This document shows, in pieces, positions 50,007 through 64,000 of a stretch of 64,000 nucleotides of DNA. The position numbers were made by a program, and so were the translations under genes. The stretch is from NCBI RefSeq assembly GCF_009914755.1, contig NC_060928.1; one strand, written 5' to 3'. Source of the stretch: the human T2T-CHM13v2.0 reference genome, Homo sapiens. How positions within the stretch are numbered: the stretch's first letter is position 1; each line of letters begins with the position of its first letter. A model generated the notes under the pieces. It was not told the DNA's origin, ran no database searches, and was given only the letters and a program-made list of their open reading frames with translations.

Positions 50007-51389
50007 GTGAGTAGATTAGAAATTCTACCAAATGAGTAGTTGTGGAAGGATAGTGACTGATTTGTTTAGAAAGAGGAAGGTTTGTTTGGGGCAGAGTCCT
50101 TGCCCTGGGAAAGGTGAAGCAATATTGAATGACTTCAAGTATTTCAGCCCTTTCATGTGGAAGAGGGATCAAACTCATTCAGTGTGACCCTAGAGATAAA
50201 ACTAGGGTCAATGAGTGTAAATAAGAGACAGCCAGATTACAGTGACGTATAATGATATGCTTTCTAATAGCTCCAGCTGTACAGACACAGGAGATGCTAA
50301 GTTCTCCAACTCTAGAGACGAGTAAGCAGAGACCGAGTGTCCAGGCTGCAGGAATATTATAGGGTTAGGTTTGGTGGGAAGGGGTGGGAAACTACTCATA
50401 TTTAGTTTTCTTTCTATGAAAGAAGGGTCACAATTCTATAGTTTATCTCCTCACTAGAAATATAAGCCATAGTTGTTTGAATTCCCTGAAAAACAGCTTG
50501 AGCTTAATAAAAAAGAATGAGAAATCCAAGGGCTGCCACAGTGGCAAGCCCAGGCTTTGATTGCTGCTGCAGGAACCTGCCCTCCATGCTGATCTCTGCA
50601 CTGTGGCTGTCAATTTCCCCTCATTTGGTGAAAGTCTAAAAACCAGGGCCTGGTATAGCATGGCATGGTACCAAATATTGGACTACTCTTTGTCTCTTGA
50701 AGAGTCATTTTGCCAGATACTACTCAGAAAATTTGCATTCAGGCTGCCAAACTGGGTAAGGCAATAGCATTGGGTAAGTTTGGGTCACTTGTTAGAAAAG
50801 ACAGTCATGTGGGAGTACCATGGAATAGCTGTTTTTTCATAACCTCTTCAACTAATTCAAAAGTTAGAGTAAGGCTCTATTACTAGGTAGAACAAAGCAC
50901 ATGGTACAAATTTATAAAAGACACACCCAACATTATGCATCCAGAATGAGAAGGTTTTTCCCTTTTGAGAATTCTAATGATTTTATTTTGCCTTCCTTTA
51001 GTTTTGAACCACTATCCTTGGCTAAAAGGTGAATTAAATTGCCCCAGTGTTCAACTGTTTGTTCATGCAAATAAATGAAATCTCTCTGTGAATTCTATTG
51101 TTAACATAAAAACCTAATGTTGAATTCTTAGTTACATTTAACATCTTACCACAGATAACATCACAACTATTAATTAGTCGTATTCCTTTTATATTTCAAT
51201 TGAAATAAAGATAAAAATTGCAGATTACAAAAAGGAATTTGTGATCTTGGAAATGTTAAGAAGGTTTTCCCTGGAAGCTAAGTTTAATAAAGATCTGTGG
51301 CTTTTTGCATTGTAAGTAGAATAACATGATTGCAACCTAAATCCTATTTTTTTTTCAAATTGAGAAAATTTTTGCCTCTTTGAAATAGG

Positions 51390-51700
51390 TTGTATTATTT
51401 ACCTATGCCAAGTTATGCTGCAGTAATGAATGACTCCAAAACATCTGTCACTTAAAACAACAAATGTTTATTGCTTATCCCCATTACCCATTCCCTGTGG
51501 GGTAGCCCATCTGGAAGGTCTCTGCTCCAGCTCCTACTTATTCAGTGATGCAGGTGGATTGAGGAACGGCAATATGGGACCGCAGAACTCATGACAAAGC
51601 ATTGTCACTTCCATTCATATTCCATTGTCACCAAGTCATTGGTGTGAGGTCAGTGAGTGGGGTAGGAAGGGGGCTAGAAGCATCAAAGGGAGACTTAAAA
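51390..51700 (-). mobile_element. Old MaLR LTR (MLT1J/K/L-like)
   Basis: gttatgctgcagtaatgaa..ctccaaaacatct..cttaaaacaacaaatgtttatt...gtcacttccattcatattccattg. Confidence 0.6.
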
Positions 51701-53389
51701 TGTGCCAAAAGTCATTGTGATCAAATACATCCTGGAAACATTTTGCTTCATCTGCTTTGCTCTTTCTCAACTACTTGACTGATATGATCAATTGCATGAT
51801 TTTGCCAAGCCACCAATATTTCATCATTTGTTACTGTGTCCTCAGCCTTTGGTAACCTCAGATTATTGGCCTGCAAAATGGCGGTTTAATAAGCTTTCAC
51901 TGTGAATAACTAGGGAATGTGGTACTGTGCAAGGTTTTCTCTTTTCCCTAAAGTACAAAAACACAGTACTACACAAAGCCCCTACATGTATTTTTCTTAT
52001 TAATACTTCATAGTAAATGGATATTAATTCAGGTTACTATAAATTACAGTGAAGCATTTAAACTACTATGGAATTACACCTCGTAGCCACCTGAATACCT
52101 GGAGGGTTGCTGGAGAGTAATGTGATTATCACAAGCAACACCAGAGGAAATAATGTAATTTGTTGCCTACTACAAAATGCTATCCCATTTTTCTAAGAAC
52201 CTTGGCAGGTTGAAAGAAGTTCTTTTAAAGTTAGTTTATTCAATTAAAAAAATTATCTCACCATTTCCCCCTTTCCTTCCTCACCCTTAAGACCTTTAAC
52301 AAGCAGGTGTAAAATTCAGCAAGTAAGCTTGTTGAGGACTTTCTTGAAGAGAAAGCTTTTAGAATTAGCTAGGATAGCTATATTCTGGAGAGCATTTATA
52401 AGATTCCTGTCCAAGAATTTGTGATTGCTTACTTTGAAGTAATTTAGTTTGAAATTTAAATTAAGATAGATAGAGAGATAGATAAATGAAAAGAGGGCAG
52501 AAGGGAGGGAGGGATGAAGGAAGAAAAAGAGAAGGAAAGGGAGAGTGGGATCGAGAGAGTGAGACCATGTGATCAGAGAGCTACAAGATTATCTTTCCTG
52601 GTAACATAGATTTATCAAAGCACAGAAGATTATAGGAGTGCCAGGTGCTGTATGAAATGGATTATTTTCTTCCATTAGAAAGTAACACCAGTTGACAGGT
52701 TTTACTTAAGTAAAAAATTAAGTAGCTCTTACTTAATTTCTCACTATAATCCCTGAAGTGGGAATGGTCTGTTCTCTTCTTTGGCCATCCCACTAACCTG
52801 AAAACATTGGAATGGTATATAAGTAGGTATGCGGGTTGCTGAGGGATCTCATGTTGGTGGTTGCTAGTTTGTTCTCTGGGTTCTTATTCTTTGCCTGAAT
52901 GCCTAGAATAGAATCTTAGCTCCCTTTGAAACAATTTGTCCCTCAGGAGCCATAGCATTCATATAGTATCTCCTTTTTCAAATTTCAAGGCACCACTGTG
53001 CATTTTCTACCACCTACCTGTTTGCATATAATATTCACCCAAAAATGCTCTTTTGAATTAAAACATAATGAAACAAAAATTAGGGAAATGGCTCAATATG
53101 AAAAAGCAAGCCAATACATTCATGGTCTCACCACTGAATTACAATTTCACAATTTTAAATGCAATTTGTGATTTCTTTCCATATCCAATCACTAAAATAC
53201 CCTCAGGAGTTAGGAGAACAGAGAAAATACATATATATATCATCATTACTGTCTTTTAGTTTCTTACCTGAAAATTCAGATGCCTCCTTGGAACTTCTCT
53301 ATTGCTGAAACATTTCACATATTCAGCCTCTCAACGGTTAATAATTCTATTATCAGCTGCATGCCAGTAATTTAATTCAAGACACACAC

Positions 53390-54230
53390 TGAAGGGAGAG
53401 TAGATGGAACTTGCTGGCAGATTTGTACACAGAATGTTAGAGAAAGCAAAGAGTCAAGGATGGCTCCAAGGTTGCCTGGCATATGGCTGAACAGTGGTAT
53501 CTTTACTTAAATGGGGACATTGTGGAGAAGCTGGGTGTGGGGTAAAGGAATATCAATAATTCATTTTTGGACATGTTAAGTTTAAGATGTTGAATGGGCA
53601 ATTGGACATGCAAGTCAGAAACTCACAGAAGAGGCTGGGGTTAGAGCTCCACCAGAATAAAGATGTTACTCACTGGGATGAGACTGGATGGCTTTACATA
53701 GGAGAGGGTGTAGAATTGAATAAAGGAGGTCTTTGGACCAAAGGAATGAACAGTCAACAAAAGAGACAGGAAAGGAGAATTTTGGTAGATAGGGAAGAAT
53801 GGCTTGAAAAAAGAAGGAGACAATGTAAATATGTCTTCCAAGAAGTTTTGTCAAAAGTGGGCCAGTGAAATGGGAGAAGCTGGAAGGAAAACCTGGTGTT
53901 ATGGGAGAGGCTGTTTTTTAAGATGAGAGATATTATATAATGTTTACATGCTGATGAAATCATCCAATAGAAGAAACTAAAAATAAAGGAGAAATCAGGA
54001 TTGAATGTGGGAGCAAAGATTTTGCATATTTAAGAGGTGATGGAAATCCAATGACAGGTGAAAGGATTGGTCTTAATAGAAGAGACACTTCACCCATTGT
54101 GATAGGAAGAAGACAGAGTATGTGGTGAGAGACGCTGGGGGAATGGGGAAGATGAGGATATAGACTTCTGGTTGCTTTTAGTTTCTAAGTAAATGATTAA
54201 ACATGTTTTATCAGCTGAGACTAGACTGAA
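53390..54230 (-). mobile_element. L2 fragment
   Basis: gagtcaaggatggctccaaggtt...ttttggacatgttaagttt...gggcaattggacatgcaagtc. Confidence 0.75.
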
Positions 54231-54333
54231 GATTGGGGTGGAGAGCCAAGATGGCCGAATAGGAACAGCTCTGGTCTACAGCTCCCAGCATGAGCGACGC
54301 AGAAGATGGGTGATTTCTGAATTTCCATCTGAG

Positions 54334-55282
54334 GAACGCAGTCCCTCACCAGCAACGGAACAAAGCTGGATGGAGAATGACTGACGAGTTGAGAGAAGAA
54401 GGCTTCAGACGATCAAACTACTCTGAGCTACAGGAGGAAATTCAAACCAAAGGCAAAGAAGTTAAAAACTTTGAAAAAAATTTAGACGAATATATAACCA
54501 GAATAACCAATACAGAGAAGTGCTTAAAGGAGCTGATGGAGCTGAAAGCCAAGGCTCGAGAACTACGTGAAGAATGCAGAAGCCTCAGGAGCTGATGCAA
54601 TCAACTGGAAGAAAGGGTATCAGTGATGGAAGATGAAATGAATGAAATGAAGTGAGAAGGGAAGTTTAGAGAAAAAAGAATAAAAAGAAACGAACAAAGC
54701 CTCCAAGAAATATGGGACTATGTGAAAAGACCAAATCTACGTCTGATTGGTGTACCTGAAAGTGACGGGGAGAACGGAACCCAGTTGGAAAACACTCTGC
54801 AGGATATTATCCAGGAGAACTTCCCCAATCTAGCAAGGCAGGCCAACGTTCAGATTCAGGAAATACAAAGAACGCCACAAAGATACTCCTCGAGAAGAGC
54901 AACTCCAAGACACATAATTGTCAGATTCACCAAAGTTGAAATGAAGGAAAAAATGTTAAGGGCAGCCAGAGAGAAAGGTCAGGTTACCCACAAAGGGAAG
55001 CCCATCAGACTAACAGCTGATCTCTCGGCAGAAACTCTACAAGCCAGAAGAGAGTGGGGGCCAATATTCAACACTCTTAAAGAAAAGAATTTTCAACCTA
55101 GAATTTCATATCCAGCCAAACTAAGCTTCATAAGTGAAGGAGAAATAAAATCCTTTACAGACAAGCAAATGCTGAGAGATTTTGTCACCACCAGGCCTGC
55201 CTTACAAGAGCTCCTGAAGGAAGCACTAAACATGGAAAGGAACAACTGGTACCAGCCACTGCAAAATCATGCCAAATTGTAA
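54334..55282 (+). pseudogene. L1 ORF1p lacking its N-terminus, disrupted
   Basis: Fragments 54377..54595 and 54722..55282; MGKKQ start absent. Confidence 0.93.
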
Positions 55283-55345
55283 AGACCATCGAGGCTAAGA
55301 AGAAACTGCATCAACTAACGAGCAAAATAACCAGCTAACATCATA

Positions 55346-59658
<4,313 letters not shown>

Positions 59659-59956
59659 GTGACTGTATTTGAAGATAAAGATTTTAAAGAGATAATAAAA
59701 ATAAAATGAGGTATATAGTCTAACTGGTATCCTTATAAGAAGAGGAAATGTGGAGCCACAAAGAGACATTGAGACATTAGAAAAGTGGTCAACGCAGAGA
59801 AAAGACCACGTGACAACACAGCAGGAAGCTGGACATCTGCAAACCAAGGAGAGAGATCTCAGAAGAAACCTCCAGAACTATGAGAAAATAAATTTCTCTT
59901 GTTTAAACAACTTAATATGTGCTATTTTGTTATGAAAATCCTGGGAAACTAATACA
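59659..59956 (+). mobile_element. MLT1A/B LTR, 3' part only
   Basis: gtgactgtatttgaagata...ccttataagaagaggaaat...cctccagaactatgagaaaataaatt...aaactaataca. Confidence 0.8.
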
Positions 59957-59995
59957 GCCTCTGTCTTCACTACTAGCCTTCAGGATAAGAACTAA

Positions 59996-60292
<297 letters not shown>

Positions 60293-61092
60293 TAGCATAA
60301 GAACTAATCTTATTTTCCTTTTTAGACCTTAGGACTCTTATTCAGCATACCCCCCCAACCTCCATATAATTTTTTCATCTGACTAATGTTACAAATGTCT
60401 AGGATTCTTTACCAGAAGAATGAAAGAACAGGTGAGAATAAATGTTTGCACACAGGTATAAATTATGTTTCTCCCCAGTGTGGATTGGACTACATTTAAA
60501 ATTCCAAGGTCAAAAGTTAGTTACTTTGTATCATTTATTTATTTTCACCATCCAAATCTCTTTCTTCACACGTTTTTGGGGATAATTGTTGGGTGGTAAG
60601 AAATTTGGCAGTGCTTGTAGCAAAAAAGTAGAACTCTAGTGACTTAATTGGCAAAAGATAAAAACTGATGTCCAAACTGATTGACTGAGGGCTTCAAAGT
60701 TATCATGTTTGAACATGCTCCTTTCAGAGTGACACTGACAAAGGCATCATTATACTTTCAATTTAGGTGTAATCAGAAGTTGAGCTCCTTCCTCAGGTTT
60801 CTGAGTGTGGCCAGGACTGGCGCTCTCTTTTCCCTCTCAAATTCCTCCTTTTCTTAAGGAAAATAAATGTGTTTACATGGGCAGACACTTTCAAGTTTTC
60901 TCAGTTCTAGTTAAAACATTTCAATTTAATGTTGCCATACTTTAGCAAACAACAACATAGCTAGGCAGGATGTGATGAATGAAGCCACCTAAATATTTTC
61001 TGTCAACTACCTTTACAGCATGATGCGCATTAAAGGGATCCCATGCCTTGCAAACAGAACTGTAATTTCAATTGACTTACATTTTGTGGTTA

Positions 61093-61380
<288 letters not shown>

Positions 61381-64000
61381 TCAGCTTCTAGAATAGCCTC
61401 AGTTCCTAGCTAGTGAGGAAAACAATAATCTCACTTTTGCACCTTGTAGGCTGACACATCTTACTAAACCCTGAGGACCTTTAACAGACTTGAATTGGAT
61501 TTGAACCACTTTTGTCATTACATGGTGAGAGGTTACCATTTGCCATAACTTTATTTTTCTTTAATTTTTTATCTAAAGTCACAGGACTGTTTCTTCACCA
61601 GGAAATTTCTGAGGGGTTTGATAAATGTAGAGTGACCTGAAATAGCTCAATAAACATACTTTTTGTAATGACTAAAGGAGATTTTGACTCCCCGCCCCCC
61701 AGGGGATTGAGTTAGGGTTAGAAAGAAGAGTATGCTGATGCAGGAAAACCTTTTCTGTCCCAATAAGCCATTAGTGTTCACTTCCAAGCCTCCCAGGGCA
61801 GCCAAGCACTAACAAGCAATGACAACCTTAAGACCCTCTTGCCTCCCGATTTATTTTCAGCAAATCCTTCTACACACTCTGCCTTTTATTTTCTGGTCTT
61901 CTATTAAAGAATTCTATACAAATCTTTATACTGCAATGTTATTTCCAACTGTAAAAAATGTTTATTAGAGAGTCACAATTCCATATGCATCAGAGTCTAA
62001 TTCCCCATATTCCCAATTCCACTCTAGACACTTCCTTTCTCCTGGATTTGTGGGCTTTACTTCTCTCGACTCCTTCTCCTCCCTTTCTTTCTGCCACCTC
62101 TTCCCTGTTCCCTATCCAGTGGGAGAGTAACAGGGATCCTATGAGAGAAGGACTCATAAGGCCAGGAGACTGAGCGAGTCTAATGATAGAAAGTTGCGTG
62201 GTATCATGGCTCCTCCATGTTTCAGTCTTCAAATAACCTCAAAGCTATTATTCTGATTTAGAATACACTATATTTAGAATTAGTTTTATTTCTGGAAACT
62301 ATGCAAACCAAGACATTCCATTTTTATGGCGATATTCTAGCCTTCTTTTTTATGTTTATACAGAATCTTGGTAAATTTTGCCAAAGTGTCCCTATAGCCC
62401 CTTTATGTCTTAAAGGGTGCCAAAGAGAAGGAAAAAGAGATTTGATTTGTTACCTATTTACTTGTTACCCAAGAGGCAGATCTAGGACCACAGTGAGAAT
62501 ATTATTGAAAAGATTTGACTTAATTTGAATCCAGGGAGGGGAAGGCCCAAGGATAAGCTATGGACTGTCAATATATTTCACTTGTGACATACCATTTTTT
62601 GAATGTGTCCTTTTCTGAAAGTTCTCAGCTCTTCCTGAAATAAGCCAATTTTGTAAGAACAAGATGAGTTTCTCAGATTTTTGATAGTTTCAACTCTTCG
62701 GTGAAAACTGAGCAACATATGAACAATTCCATCTTTTCAACTATTTGATAGGCAATGCAGGCCCCAAAATATTCAGAAAAGAGGAAGGGCACACCCAACA
62801 AAAGAAACACTCCTTCCCTGCTAAGATCAGAATTGGCTGGAGAGTGAAACCACAATGATTGCTGTTACAATGCCATATGGATTCAAGTCTGGTCTATATT
62901 ATAAATGCTGAGGGAGTCTTAACCTCCTCCTAAGCCCCCCAGCCTTCTGTCCTTGACTGGAAGCCAAGGTTTTGCTGTACATTTTGAAGCATCGTCCAAG
63001 TATTCTCCTGCTCTCTTGCCTGTAAAGAACAGAGGCTGTCTTGGATAACGTGTCCATGAGAGAGTCCACCCTCACACACTGTACAGTCCAAGAAAGATAT
63101 GTCACTATGTATATCCACAGCTCTTACAAAACCACACAGTCATGCTGTATGCAACACTCTTCTGCAGGACAAAAGGTACTGGAACTTTCCATGTGGGAAG
63201 ACATGGTCCTGCTGTTGTAGAGATGGCTCAGGGGGATAAGGGAGGTACCAGAGGTGAGGATATGAGGCTATGAGAAAATACCTCTAAAGAGAGAGGCCAG
63301 AACTGAGATGTGTGACGCTTTGGCCCCATTTTATGCACAGCTGTGTTATAAATGTGATGAACTAGCATTTCTTGGATCATGTTCAGCCTGGGCCATGGGA
63401 CAGCAAAGGTGGGAATAAAAACAATGTTACCTTAGGCCTGCCCTCCCCCAGGATGTGTATATCTAAGAGCTGAAAATTGCTGAGATCTGTCTTCACAGCT
63501 GCAAGGGCTTAGGATTGTATGAATATAATATGTATTTTGTAACTCCAAGTTCCTAGTTGTCCATAATTTAGAAGGAGAGGATCTCTCTGAGTCCCTATCT
63601 GTCTGTCTGTCTCTGTCTCTCACATCTATTTTAGGACTTGTTAGAGAAGAAAGTCCTTAAGCCAGTTTAGATGTCCTCTTGAGATCATGAGGGTAAGAGG
63701 GTGGTGGTGATTTTTGGTGGTGACTTTGTCATAGGCCATTCATCCATTCACTCTAACAATCATCAAATAATTGGCCTTATATTTGGGTGAATCTCTGAGT
63801 AAACTGCAGTCAAACAGTTCTCGGATTGCAAGAGGCTCTATGGGCATTCCTGCTCCACTGGAGAACTATGTTTGAAATTAACAAAATATATAGGCATCTT
63901 CTAAAATGTCTGCCTGCCCTGTATCCCCGATATTAATTCTCTCTCTGTATCTATATGCCTTCCTTGTTAGATCATAACTCTACAGAAATTATTTTATTTT

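Overview
Primate (probably human or ape) repeat-rich genomic DNA with no recognisable host protein-coding exon, RNA gene or CRISPR array. All credible long ORFs derive from LINE-1 or an endogenous retrovirus. The main elements are: (i) an ancient minus-strand L1M (~10.4-23.5 kb) with nested insertions, including a full-length L1PA4-like element (14481-20617) with a short 3' transduction; (ii) a two-LTR ERV1 provirus (27519-35768; Arg PBS, gag, RNaseH-IN, env; pro/RT missing) inside a hAT DNA transposon; (iii) a plus-strand L1PA3-like element (54235-58305) that integrated as a spliced RNA (SpIRE97/976 type) and lacks its 3' end. The most notable observations are the spliced L1, patches of shared non-consensus variants between the two inverted L1PA copies (gene conversion, possible inversion substrate), and independent Alu and L1 insertions at the same site in the two LTRs. 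I found no new biological system, only unusually clear records of retrotransposon mechanisms. Subfamily names come from recalled consensus sequences and need RepeatMasker/Dfam confirmation. Boundaries of old repeats are approximate.
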